Shown piece by piece: positions 24,187 through 37,160 of a stretch of DNA of 64,000 nt. This stretch comes from Setoptus koraiensis. Lineage: Eukaryota > Animalia > Arthropoda. How positions within the stretch are numbered: position 1 is the first letter of the stretch; each line of letters starts with the position of its first letter. Both the position numbers and the translations under genes were made by a program. The DNA is taken from positions 3,968,001-4,032,000 of the forward strand of contig CM106586.1 of NCBI GenBank assembly GCA_048013815.1, in the 5' to 3' direction. The notes below the pieces were generated by a model. It was not told the origin of the DNA. It saw nothing but the letters and a program-made list of their open reading frames with translations, and searched no databases.

Positions 24187-25844
24187 ATCGGGCCGCTGGC
24201 AGTGCCCATCGCGGCCATATCAAATTTTTCAAATAAATAAAAATAAAGCGCTGGCCGGCCCAGTTACAACCGGTCGCAACCGCTGGGCAAACAGGGGCCC
24301 AACAGCCTCTTTTGCTTGTATTTTCGCCTATGTTTTCGCCTGTTTTTGCCCGTTTTCGCCTGCATTTTTGGACGTGTTGAGTGACGCGATTCGAGCCATG
24401 ATAACCCCATGTAAACGTTATGTAACACAATCTACTTGTTCCACTTTTGCCCTCGGTCGAGGCTTCAAATTAGCAAGGTGACTATGCGTGTGTGCGTGTG
24501 TGTGCGCGTGGCACGTGTTTATATTTGTCCAGTGTCGCTGTGCCGGTTTTGCGGTTTGCTGTGCACGACAAGATATTTGTTGTTGTGACTGGATGACGTA
24601 ATTTATTGTGCTTGATACTAAGTGTGTCGTGTCTTTTTGTTGCGCAACAACAACACGAGCGCATCAGCGCCAGCATCAGATCGGATCAGATATACAGACA
24701 GTTATACACACAAGATACAGCCCGACATGCATGTTACGCAATACAAATGTGCGTGCTTCAGTTGACACGTCACCATTGCTGCTGCTGTTGCGCAACAACA
24801 ATACAAGTATTTATAGTATAAACTTTATCTGCATATATAAATAGAGAAAAGAAGAAAAAACTAGCTGACAGATTCAATCTCTACAACGGAAATGATTATG
24901 TTGCGGCGTTGGGGCCCGCAATCCGCACCAAGGCCCGCAATCCGCAGCGAGGCCGTGACGGCTGCATTAAGCTGTATCTAATAATCGGCGTCTTATTATA
25001 AGCGCGATCTAGGCGTGCGATAGATGCATGCAAGCGCGCGCGCGCGGATATAATGCTTGGCCTCATTCCGGTTGCGTTAGTTTGGTTTGCTTGTCCAGTG
25101 CAACATTAATAGTTGTCGACTGGCTTGCCATGGCCTCGAGCCGGCCATTCGCGCCCCTTCGGCCAATGGGGCCAATTCGAGCCAATTCGGCCCAATTGGC
25201 CCCATTGGCCGGCCAGCCCAATGCGCAACGAATGCCGGCCAGCCGAGCCACCAACAACAAAGTGCGTCTGTCCGGCAACATTGATTGATGCGACCACTGT
25301 CACTGTCATTGTCGCTGTCAGTGTGTCCAGTCGATCCAGTCGCCCAGTTAGTAGTTGGCCGCTGTTGGCTCAGCTAATAAACATCGTCATCAATGAATAT
25401 CATTTTGACGGGCCCATTCGGACAGGCTCGACATATCGTGCGCAGACAGACAGCGATTGTCTGACTGCGATTTGTAACAACGCACTCACTTTGTTTGTCT
25501 GTCACCGTCTCGGGCCCGCTGGCTGCACTGGGCCCCATTGGGCCCCAGTTGGCCCCACCAGCTGGCTGCGCAGCGGCTGCACAGCTCGCCAGTGGCTGCT
25601 CGCTCGTGGGCTCATCCGCTCATCGGCTCACCGGTCAGTATGGGCGAGGCAGCCGTGAGCAGCGAGCGGCTCGGCGCAAAGTTGGCGCAAAGTTGGCACA
25701 AAGTTGGCTCGCACGCACAATTCGCGACGCGCAACACGAACGATTGCAGCGCGAGCAAAAAGAGGACCCACCAACAACCGACAAACAACAAAGGCTCGCC
25801 AGTGTGCTTAAGCGATAAAACTGCCACCTGTGCCGCCCGTGACA

Positions 25845-25960
25845 CCTAGCGACGACGACAACAGCGGCAGCGACAACAACAACAGCGACAACAACAGCGA
25901 CGACAACAGCGACGACAACAGCGACGACAACAGCGACAACGACAACAGCAGCAACAACAA
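25845..25960. repeat. GAC/AAC/AGC trinucleotide-derived low-complexity tract
   Basis: Repeated GACAACAGCGAC. Similar tracts at ~36520-36630, 40630-40680, 44230-44365, 47045-47125 and 51745-51830. Confidence 0.85.
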
Positions 25961-27160
25961 CGTGGCACTGTCATCGAGCCACCACCGACAGTTACACGTC
26001 ACACCAAACACTTACAACGGGCGCATATCGCACCAGGTGAGCGCGATATTCACACCAGGTGACTTATGTTTATCGGCACAAATATATAACGGGCAGCATA
26101 TAAGGTTGTGTTGTTAATGTTACGTAATGTAATATGTTACCTATGTTGTCTCATCTTGGTGGCTCCCGTGGTCTGTTTGTTTGTGCGCGCTTTATCTGTT
26201 TCGTTTGTTTACAGGTAGAGGCGCTGTTACTGTTGTCGGCCGTTACTGTTGGCGGCAATCAAGTGATATTATGCACTGGTCGGCAGTGGACAAGTTGTTT
26301 TAAGCGCCCAATATAGCCGAATACTTGAATAGAATTGAACTTTGTCTGACAGCAAGCTGTAGGCAAACAGCTCGCCAACGTCACAATGGACAGATAACGG
26401 TTTGTCAGGCAACATTGTCTGTGGCTCTCAAGTTGTTTGGCCCAGACAAATTGTCTGACATTGTGTTTCTGGGGCGCCGTCTAGACGCCACTAGACGGCG
26501 CTCACACTGGCGACCCCTTGCACGTGCCCGCTCACACGTTGTCAGCCGGTCAGACAGGTGAGATGCGGCTGACAAAGGGTTTACCTTGTGAGCTCACAAC
26601 AGTCAGGGTAACTGCCAGTTACTGACTGGTGCGGCCAGGACGAGCAGTCGACACAAGTGGCGGACAGGACTAAATAATGATAAAAATGAATAAATATATA
26701 GATAATAAGAATTAGCAGCGGGCTGAGACGTCGGCGCGACCCAGTGGCTACGATGGAGGCCACAATGGGACCCATTGAATGGGGCGATGGATGAAAATGA
26801 ACGGAACTGACGCGCGTTAGTCGATGGCATAGATAGCGAGCGAGTTAGTTGGCCGTTTGGGCAGCACGAGTTTATGTAATATTGTTGTTGTTGTTGTTGT
26901 TGCCGCCGCTGAACAGGTAGACAAGCCAGACAAATGTCAAGATACAATTAGGCCTCAATGGGACTTGTTTGTGTGTAGTTTTAATGTGTATGCTGTGCTG
27001 TGAAATGGCAAGGCGAGCAGCGTTCGCGAATGAGGCAATATGCTGCACGTGTTGTACGTGTTTGGCGTGGCTTTTCTGCTTAACTGGCCAAGCAAGACTC
27101 GTGCCGGATACTTGCCGAGCGAGTCGCCAGCAAGCGAGTCTCGCTCGAGCACGCGGATGC

Positions 27161-27250
27161 TTCTCTCGGCTTCTTTCGGCTTCTTTCGGCTTCTCTCGGC
27201 CTCTCTCGGCCTCGTTCGGCTTCTCGCGGCCTCGTTCGGCTTCTCGCGGC
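27161..27250. repeat. 10-bp minisatellite x9
   Basis: TTCTCTCGGC variants. Confidence 0.92.
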
Positions 27251-28447
27251 CGCCCCTGTTCGGTAGTCACGAAGAATTGCGCGCCCCGCAACACCGAAGC
27301 AATTGGCGCACTAAACAACAGAACGAGTCAAACAACAGACAGAGTGAGGCGCCAATTTGCTACTGTCTCGCTCGGTGCCGGCGTTGTTTTGTTGTGGGGC
27401 CCGCACGATATTATGTGAGCCGCTATCTTGTTATCTTTTGCGCTGGCACACTTTGCGTTGGGGCCTGCATCGCGGGCATTGTCTAACAGTGTTATTGTCT
27501 GACTAAGACTAAACTCGACTATTAGCGTGGATGAAATTTTGTGGATTTGTTTGTTGTCGTTGCTGTTAAGTTGCTGCCGCCGCCGCCGCCGCCGCTATGT
27601 GCTCTATGAGAGTGTGTGTGCGTGTGTGTGTGTGTGCGTCTGTCTCACCTGTCAAACTGAATGGAACGACATTAAACACGTAAAGCAGAAGGGCAAGAGG
27701 AGCGAGACGCCTCCTCCCCCTCATACTATTATACAATCTGTCTCTATTATATAAGACGCGCGGCACAAATAAACACATACAAAGAGAGATTGATGGTGGC
27801 GGTCAAATTGAATTCCTGTCGCCCCTAGCGGCAAGCGCCAACTGACCGACAGGTAGCTGCTAGCAATAATCTTGCGCACTCTGTCTTGTGTGACATGACG
27901 CGGCATGATGACGCAACTAAGGTTACAGGTAACATGGTTGCGTAAACATGTCATACTGTGTGTTGTGTGCGTCGTCGTCGTCGTCGTCGGGGGAGGGGGG
28001 TCAAAAGTTGATTAACAGTCTTGGCCAAACAACGGTGCCCGCCTGCCCGTGCCACAACAATGCCAGCACCAGGTACCACAAGCAAGCGCGCGTGTATGAG
28101 GCCGCTGTAATAAGAATTATTATTATGTAATATTCTCTCATGCGCCACTACCACGTGCTGCTGGCCACTACGTGATATGAATGACCCCATAAGTGTTGTT
28201 GTCGGACATGATGCAAGCGACGGCAGCCAGACAGGGTCCAGCAAAACAACGGCGAGAAGTGTTACAATGGCCACACTTGTAAATGGCTCGCTGTAATCGG
28301 CTGGCCAGCCAAGCCGATGCCGCCGGCCAGTGAAACAAAATAAGAATCATCATCTACTCAAATCAAGCGTTCGCCATCGATGTAAATTCGCTGGCGCGCA
28401 TTAGCCCGCCATTGAGGCGCTATTTTTGTTGCCGTTTCCGAGAAAAA

Positions 28448-28542
28448 GCCCACTGCCAACGAGAAGTTGCCCGCTGCCAACGAGAAGTTGCCCGCTGCCA
28501 ACGAGAAATTGCCCGCTGCCAACGAGAAATTGCCCGCGAGAA
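28448..28542. repeat. 21-bp tandem repeat x4+
   Basis: GCCCGCTGCCAACGAGAA(G/A)TT. A separate ~18-bp repeat with a TTGGGCGCC core follows at ~28612-28676. Confidence 0.92.
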
Positions 28543-29109
28543 TATTCTTGCATTCCGATATTCCCGTGCCGCATTCGTTGCCGCGTCCGTTGTTTTTGCA
28601 CCGCTCGTTGTTTGGGCGCCGCATCGTTGCTTGGGCGCCCCTCGTTGTTTGGGCGCCCCTCGTTGTTTGGGCGCCATTTGTTATTTTGGCGCCAAAACGG
28701 GCGACAGCAGCAGCATCGAAATGAGGCCAACAAGCCAACACAATGTGACAATATGGCGCCTTCGCCCACGCGGCACCTGTTTGCAGTGAATGGGGCCCGC
28801 ATCAAACAATGTGTCAGCAACGTGATGAGAGTTGCCCCCTGTTTTGTTCTCGCGCTGCCACATCATCCCGTCACAGATCTTGCTGGGGCCCGACGGGCCT
28901 CGTCGGGCCACGGCGCCTTGTTAGCGGCTGAGCAGGTCGACCGGAGAAGATTATCATGGATATTATATTAATAATGCCATTATTATTATTGGCATCATTA
29001 TTTGTTGTGTGTTTGTTTGTTTGTTCGTGGGCCCCTGTTTGCGCTGGCAGCGCCGCTATGCAAATACCCGTGATCACGCGATGATAACAACTGCACAACT
29101 GAATCTCTT

Positions 29110-29242
29110 TGTGCTGCTTGTTGTGCTAGTTGTTGTGCCCTTTGTTGTGCTAGTTGTTGTGCCGGTTGTTGTGCCGGTTGTTGTGCCGGTTGTTGTGCCG
29201 GTTGTTGTGCCGGTTGTTGTGCCGGTTGTTGTGCTGATTGTT
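29110..29242. repeat. 12-bp minisatellite x~11
   Basis: TGTGCCGGTTGT variants. Confidence 0.9.
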
Positions 29243-31260
29243 GGGCGACAACGAGGCACAGCGAGCAGATAAGTAGCCGCTTGTGGCCAATGGTGGGGCC
29301 CGGATCGCTGGCGCTCGCTGTTCTCGCAGAGCCTCTATGATAGAGGGCTCATTGTTTTTGCGCCCGCTCACACTGAGGCCCGCGCTAAACTTTAGCGGCT
29401 AAAGTGTGAGTAGGCGCAAAAAGCGCAAGCAAGCCGCTAATAAGGGCGCCCCACTAATAGAGGCCACTCTTGACCACTCGGTGATGTTGCAAAAAAACGT
29501 TGTGCATGAGCGCGCCTACGTGTGTCGTCTTAATTATGTTTTCACACAGCTCGCATAAATATGAGATATGAGCGAAGATGCAGTTGGCTAATTACAATAA
29601 ATTTTCACGCCAACAGCGCGCCACTTCATGAATCATGGCGCCGATGCGCCCACTAGTGTGCGAGCCGCGCCCCACTGTCGCCATGACTACTTAATCTGGC
29701 CACCTCGAAAGGGAGCCTCCGTTCGGGCGTTGGAGCCCCGAAGTTGGCCGGCAACCCAATCACGCAAAGTGCGCAGTGCGGCCAGCTCAGTGCAGTGTCC
29801 GGTGTTGTGATATAATCACTTGTTTAGCCGCTTACTTACCGGGCCATTGGAGAACGCTGGCCAGCCCGGTGAGGCCCGGTGAGGCCCAGTGAGGCCCGGC
29901 GAGCCCGGTCAGCGAAAATTGTCTCATGTTCACCTGTGCGAATTGAAATACTTTATTAGTGGCGGTTTATCTCTGGTTGTTAGCTGCGTGTTTAGTTGTC
30001 TAGTTCAGTTGGGGGCCACAGTTAAGCCAGTTACAAGGTTGGTGCGCGCGCCGCGCGTATCCCGGCGAGCAAAGCGTCTCGTTTTGCATGACTGACACAC
30101 ACTGCCGATGTGCGTACATCCCGGCAACCGAGCCGGCATTGGGGGGCCCCGCAACAGCGCGACGCATTGGGGCGACGCAAGCGCCACAAACACAAAGCAA
30201 TTGCAACTTATCCATTGTGGGCCAAATCCCAAATATGGTACATGCACACTGTGCTGCACTGTGGCGCAAAGAATGGGCCCATTCAACTGTGATTACATAA
30301 CGAGCAATAATTGTAGTTAATATGGCTAGTGCTGCCGCTAGTTCAATTGAAGCGAGACCCCCCCCTCCCCTCGCCCCGCACGCCAAAGAGCCCCGGCTCA
30401 CATAAACTATTATCTAAGTCCCGCTGGCCGTTGCAAAGCCGCAGCCGCTCCAGAGCTGCCCACTGCAAAATGTTTCCCCGAGTGACCGCACTTTAGTGGG
30501 GCCCGTCGCAGTGCCATGGACGCCGCAGAGAGCGGGTGCTGGCTCGCAATGGTCGTGATCAAAATGATTAAAATGAGCAAACGAGCTTAGCCTGATCTAT
30601 CTCGTTTGTGCGCGCCAAGCTCGCCGAGAAGATAAGGTGAGAATGGGGCCCGCCGCCGGTGGACTTAATTTAATTTAATTCTGCTGAATTAAATTCAATT
30701 GAGGTCTATTTAATTTGCTCTCTAATTTGATTCAATTCAATAACTCAACGACAATCAAGCTAACAAGTGGCCGGCCATTCGCAAGCGTTTAAACTGGCCA
30801 CTCGTTGGTCACTACGGGTCAGTCGTCGGTCTCTTTATTTGACCAATGGGCCCAGTTAGCCGATGGGGCCCTCATCGGCAACTGAGGGGCCCACTGAACT
30901 AAGCTGACCAATTGGCCGCTATTGATAAGCGCCATTGATGGGGTGCGCGCGAACATCCAAGTGTGATGTATTATCAATGTTTGTTTGTTTGCTCAGTTGG
31001 GCCAATTGATTTGACATTTGCCAACACTTGCTGCACAATTGTTCAATACACTCAACTGTCCGCCGGCACACTGGCCGTCATTATCCGATTACCGCCGGCG
31101 ACTAGCATTTCCATTCAGACGGGATAATCGAATGAGGGGCGCCAGCGCGCGGCCACGCTCGTGACTCACGATTCAAAAAGTAAAATCTAAATTGGCGCCA
31201 ACAGTGGCCAGATTTCCTCGTGCATGTAAATATGGTCACGATCGGTGGCCGGCCGGCCCG

Positions 31261-31370
31261 TTACTCGCGGACATTCGCGGACATTCGCGGACATTCGCGG
31301 ACATTCGCGGACATTCGCGGACATTCGCGGACACTCGCGGATATTCGCGGACACTCGCGGATATTCGGGC
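31261..31370. repeat. 10-bp minisatellite x11
   Basis: ACATTCGCGG variants. Confidence 0.95.
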
Positions 31371-32523
31371 GCAGCGTCGCCCTCGCATGCGCTGGCCGCT
31401 CATCAATAGCGCTCGTTGCCGTCGCTGGGCGCCCTCGCGCCGCAACACTGCAACCCTAACAAACCTTAAGTGCCCGATGAGCGCGTGCGGCTGGCCAGCG
31501 CGAGCAATTGATCGGCAGGCCGAGAAAAGGGGCCAAGAAAACAATTGCCCGCCGACAAACATCATAAGCGGGCGCGGGCGAAAATCTTATACTTTTGTGT
31601 GCTCGTGTTGCCAGTTTACCGCGCCACAGCCGGGCCCACCGGCCCCACTAACAAATCTTGATATATCGACTGACTAATATGTTATTGCGTAATAGGAAAC
31701 CCCTGTCCGCTGGCGCCATCATCTGGCCGGCGCACTGGCCGGCACAGCTCTGGCTCGGAGCCTCTGAGTGCTATTTGGGGCTCCTTGGGCCGGCTCGCGC
31801 AAGTTGCTCGTGCAAGTTGCACGCGTTGGCAGCGCGCTGCCACGAGCTGGCCACGGCGCAGTCGCCATGCCTGCAGATACATCTGAAATCTATTTATCTC
31901 TCGTTCGCTGGCGAGCTCGCCGGCGCGTTCTCGTGTAGCGTTCGCGTGTCTATAGGGGCGAAATCGTCTCGGCGAGATACCGAGCGAGCGCGACAGAGAG
32001 ACAGCGCAGTAGATAGTGCTGGCGGTGGTATATTTCGCTAATAGTATTAGCGATATATATATATATATATTATTGCGTGGTATTGGTGTATTCGCGCACT
32101 AGAGCAGAAGTGATTTGTTTGACTCTGGCTACGTCTAGATAGATGCACTTTCTCGATTAATGGCCACCCACGCCCATTTTCTTGGCAGCGAGCACAACAC
32201 AATGTTTGGCGAGTCGCCTAGCTGCGTTCGCGACTCCTTTGTTTTGCTGCTGCTATTGCTGCTGGCGCGCTACTAGCCATGGCTGGATGCCACCGTTCGC
32301 TTGGTGCGCCTCTCGGCCCTCCTTGCCGTTCTCGGCTAACACTTCTTTGCCCTTGTTCGGCCCCTCTTTGGCCCTCTTTCGCTGGCTGCTTCTTTTTCTC
32401 GGGCGCCCCTTCTCCCCTTCTCCCCAGCCCTCCACCCCCCAACTCAAACTGGCGCTGTGCCGGCGATTTGCGCGCATATCATCAAAAACAACCTAATATA
32501 TACACGCGCGCAAAGCTCAAAAT

Positions 32524-32564
32524 GCTGCTCGCTGGGGCCCGCGTGCCGGGCCCCAGCGAGCAGC
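32524..32564. repeat. Perfect 18-bp inverted repeat, 5-nt loop
   Basis: GCTGCTCGCTGGGGCCCG-CGTGC-CGGGCCCCAGCGAGCAGC. Confidence 0.95.
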
Positions 32565-33182
32565 GTGTAGCGCCCATTATTGCCACCGTTATACATTGAG
32601 ACATTGAACAACAACAACAACAACAACAACAAAAAGACAAAGAGCTCTCGCTCGCTTTTTCTCTTGCCACTCTCTCTCTCTTGCCGGCGCGCAGCTCTTG
32701 TTCCAGTTCCAGTTCTCGCCGCTATACAAACATCAATGGGCCCCGATCAATCTTCGGCAATTTTTTCTTCCCTCCAGCCAACCTTTCACCCCGTCTCCCT
32801 TTCTCCTTTCCCCTTTCTCTTTTCGCCTTTCGCCTTTTGCCTCTTTCCCCCTGTCTCCTCCGCTCCCTGGCTCCCCGTCTCCTTTTCTCCTTTTTTCCCG
32901 ATCTCTGCCCATTGCTCCCCCCCCGCCATGTACAACTGGACTGTGTGTACCAGTGCTGCTGCCGCCGCCGCCGATTCTTTTATCTCGCTCGCTCCATCTT
33001 TCATTCCGACGTTCTCATCTGGCAAGTCGGTCTTATCTGTTGCAAATCAACTTTTGGGCTGGCACAAATCTGACATCGATGATGGTCACTATTCGTGTGT
33101 ATGTGTCAGTTTGCTGACAGTCCGCCGCAGTGTGTCCAGTCGGCTGCTCGCCGCTTCGAATCGCTTTGTTGTTGTTGTTGTC

Positions 33183-33213
<31 letters not shown>

Positions 33214-34404
33214 TTGTCCGACGACTACCGCAAATCTTATTTAGTCAGCGCCGGCTGCTTAATTGGCCCACCATTGGTAACCATTACAACTATTACAATT
33301 CCACCCACGCAAAAAAAAATCTCACTCAGCTGGCGCAAGACGGCAAGCTTGCCGATCCATCGGGCCGGGCGCACCTCCATCACATTGTGCCGGCCGGGCG
33401 CCGCAGTGTGATGGCGCCACAGTGGCCCAGCGGGGGACAGGACAAATATCGGCGCCGCGCCGGTTTGCCGCTAGTTGATATAGTAGTTTATGGCGCTCGG
33501 AACCCGAGCAACATCCCAGATCATGCGCCACTTTTATTAATTACTACTCTCTAGTCTGTTGACCAGCCAGTGTATCTCCTCTTATTACTTTATATATATC
33601 GTCATGTGTCGCTAGGTGCCTCCGTGCGCCCCCCATGTGCCTTTATGTGCGCGAAAGCGATCGCTGCGAAACGATATATGTTTACAGCGTCACGTAACCG
33701 TTTGCGCGACTTAACTCTCAAATTACACAACTTGGCCGGCCTACCTTTGCGTCAGGCCCTGTGTCTAGGCCCCGTGTCTAGACCCTGTGCCTGGGCTCTG
33801 TGCTGGGGGCCCTGTAGGCAGGCATTGTAGCCAGGCATTGTAGGCAGGCCTTGTAGGTAGGCCGCATAGGTGGGTCGCCCTTGCGAGTGGGCTGGAGCGG
33901 GTTTGCAAGCGGCGCTAGGTCGCTAGGCGCAAGCGGCAACTTGGTCCGGTTTGGTGGCGCTCGTTTTTTGTTTGTCTTGCGCTGCGCGTTTATTATTGCC
34001 ACCAGTGTGTGTCACCAGTCTGCAACTGGCACCCCCTCAAATTGCGCTGATGAGCCATATAAGTTATATAATAATATAACCGCCGACAGCCCCACAAACA
34101 ACGAATGTCGAGCCGGCCCGGCCGCCAACAAATGCGGGGGCCGGCTTTATGCCGAGCGGCCGCTCGGCGCAAGCTTTGGGCGGTCGGGCTATATTGGCAG
34201 GATGTTGGGCAGATTATTAACACTTTGTTCTAGATGCAACAACGCTGCCAGCGCCAGGGGGAGCCTTCAAACGAAATTCAAATGCCGCGGTAATGGACAT
34301 GGCGCCAACGTTGCCCGGGTTGCCCAACCCAAATAGCCAGATATAGCCAGCTAAATGATTGGCGACCCCCCGCCAAGAAGGCTGCACTTTTTGTGCGTGT
34401 GCGT

Positions 34405-34460
<56 letters not shown>

Positions 34461-37084
34461 GCGTGTGCGAGGGGGTGGGGGGCGCCCAACGTCAGTCAGC
34501 CGGTTGATCCAACAAACAACCGCAGCAACAGCAACGGCGACAGTTACACCGAACGATGGGGCCCCAAAAGAACTCAGGCGCAACTTATAACTTACTTACT
34601 GGCCGCTGTGGCGCCGCTCGTGGCGCTGCGCGACCAGCCATGAAATGTACTCGTCGCTACCATCGCTCGCTGTCTATCCGCAATTGATGTCGCTCGGCGT
34701 CTCGGCGTCGCTTGGCCTCGCTTGCTGGCGCCCCAACCGGCTGCACGAGCAAACTAAATTCAGCTCAAAATCACAGCGTCTTGCACAGCGATACGGCACA
34801 GCCAACTGGCCCGCAACTGTGCCCAACTCGTGCCCGCCACACTCCACACAAATCCAGACTCTCCGGCCGACACTGTCCAGCGGGCCCCATTGTGCATATT
34901 GTGCCCGTGCCCCAATAAATTGTCAGCCAATATGCCCATGTGCACAGGTGACACCGACACTCGGCAGCGCCAAATTTGAACGCTGCTCTGGTCCGACCAA
35001 ATTGGTCACCAAAATTTGGTTACCAAAATTTGTGGTGCAACTTACAATTGTGTCAGACATGGTGTGATTGCAGCGCTTTGCACCACCGACCGCTCAGCCC
35101 CGCCGGACTGTCAGCGGCAATGGGCGTGCCGACCCGCGGCCGTTGGGTAACCGCATCTGCGGGCTTGACCGGCCAGTGACCGGGCTACTGTTGTTTTCGA
35201 AGACACTGTCAAGTAGGGCTCGCTGTTGCACAAATCGGGCTGCCGAGCAAAGGGTAGCAAAGGTATCAAATAACGGTATTGTGTCATCATTGGGCATTCA
35301 ATTAGTTTGTTGTTTATTTGTTCGTATGAGGTACAATATTATTACGTAAGCACGTTATATGTATGATAATAATATTGTTAACGTTACGTGTGTGTGTGTG
35401 TGTGTGTGTGTCGGCCTTGGCGCTGCAATGTAAAATAATGTCAGCCGGTTGTGGGCATTGTTTGCGGTGGCTTGCGTTTGCGTTGCCGGGCCGCGGCCAA
35501 AATGACAATTGTGTGACAAGGCCACACAGTGGTCAGCCGATAGCTACATTTGACGTGCATATTGTTTTGATATTGTTTTGATGCGCAATACATCAAAACA
35601 ATGGTGGTATTTGTCGGGCAAAACCATCAATCATCAATTGTGCACGTGGTGGCCGAGACATAATTAGTGCTCGTTGACGAGCATGCAAATCATATAACTA
35701 TTTGCGGGCTCGGGTTGCCTAGCGACCTTATCCTTATGTAGCTAAGAGTGCCTTTGCATATTTCTGATGATGCTATGTGAGTTTACATATGAGATTGGCC
35801 TATTCATGCTGCAACGAGAATAAAAACGCCTTTTTATGGGCCACTTTTTATGTGCCGTCGGACAGGCCAGTCCGGATACGGGCCGGCAGACATGATGGGC
35901 GCCCCGCGCCACAGGCTCAACGGGCACCAGTAGCAATCATTCATCGGCAATCAGGTTCACGCGTGGATTTGGGGCCCTTTTCCGGCTGTATCCGGGCCCC
36001 CTTCACATATATGAATGTGAATACGAGGGCCGAATGCGAGGGGCGAATATGCGAATACGTGACTGGTGATGATATATTATGTTGTTTCATTGGCGGGCCC
36101 CTAAAACAACAGCAGCGCCAGTGTGTTTGTGGCAATAACGGAGTAATATAATGGAGTTTAAACAATAAAATCGCTCGCTTGCCAGCGCCCATATATGTGC
36201 GTAATAGATAAAGTCTCGATGACATGGCGCCGCCGCTGCAATTGAATCATGCGGATGTCAGTGAGTGTGTGTGTGTGTGTGTGTGCGTGTGTGTGTGTGC
36301 GTGTGGCCATGAGTCGCAATCATCAATTAATATTGAGCCAACTGCACCAACCGTGGCGCCCACTGTTGTCACTACTACCGACAACGGTGGTATTGTGACC
36401 ATAGTGATTGTGTGTGTGTGTGCAATATCGTTACGCAACTTAACTTAACGGCAGTTATATAATATATATATATATTTTACGAGCGGCTCACTGAGTCATA
36501 ACTCTGCAGCTCATGACAACAACAACAACAACAACAACGGCAGCAGCAACAACAACAACAACGGCAACAACAACGACGCCAACAACAACAACGGCAACAA
36601 CAACGACGCCAACAACAACGACGCCAACAGCAGCAACTCTTGACTCGCTCGGCGCTGCCAACCGAGCTGGCCAAGGGGCCGGCTGAGGGGCCAGCCAGGG
36701 GGAGGAGATAAAGAATTAAGTTTGTCGCTGGCACTGCAAGGGCGCTTGGTGCGTGCGTCATTCAATTCTATCATCGTCGAGCTTGCCAGCCGAACAGACA
36801 CAACAGCGACAACAACGACAGCAGCGACAACGCCAGCCAGAACGAATGGCGACAATGCAAACAACAAAAGCACACTAATCACGGCTTATTATCATTATCA
36901 TTATTACTGTTATAGTTGTAATTATTTTCGGTAATTATTATTTGGCCCACTAGCCAGAAGGGGGAGCTCGCAGTGGCGGCGCGCGCCAGTGGCAATTGTG
37001 GTTGCTGTGGTGCCGCTGCTATTATCGCTATGAGGGCTCATATATACCGGCTCAGCCGAAATATATAACCCGGCTCGGGGTGCC

Positions 37085-37160
37085 CTCTATCACAGAGGCT
37101 CTATCACAGGCTCTATCACAGGCTCTATCACAGGGCCTCTATCACAGGCTCTATCACGGG
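37085..37160. repeat. 12-bp tandem repeat x6
   Basis: CTCTATCACAGG. Confidence 0.9.

Noticed and set aside
26134-26316. ORF with a hydrophobic stretch (VEALLLLSAVTV) as an alternative signal-peptide exon
   Set aside because: The donor (G|GTCGGC) is weak and the 8240 exon fits better. Only the acceptor at 26214 is kept, as a recursive-site candidate.
32580-33554. 324-aa ORF
   Set aside because: Made of poly-N, a pyrimidine tract and poly-V microsatellites. Non-ATG start and no homology.
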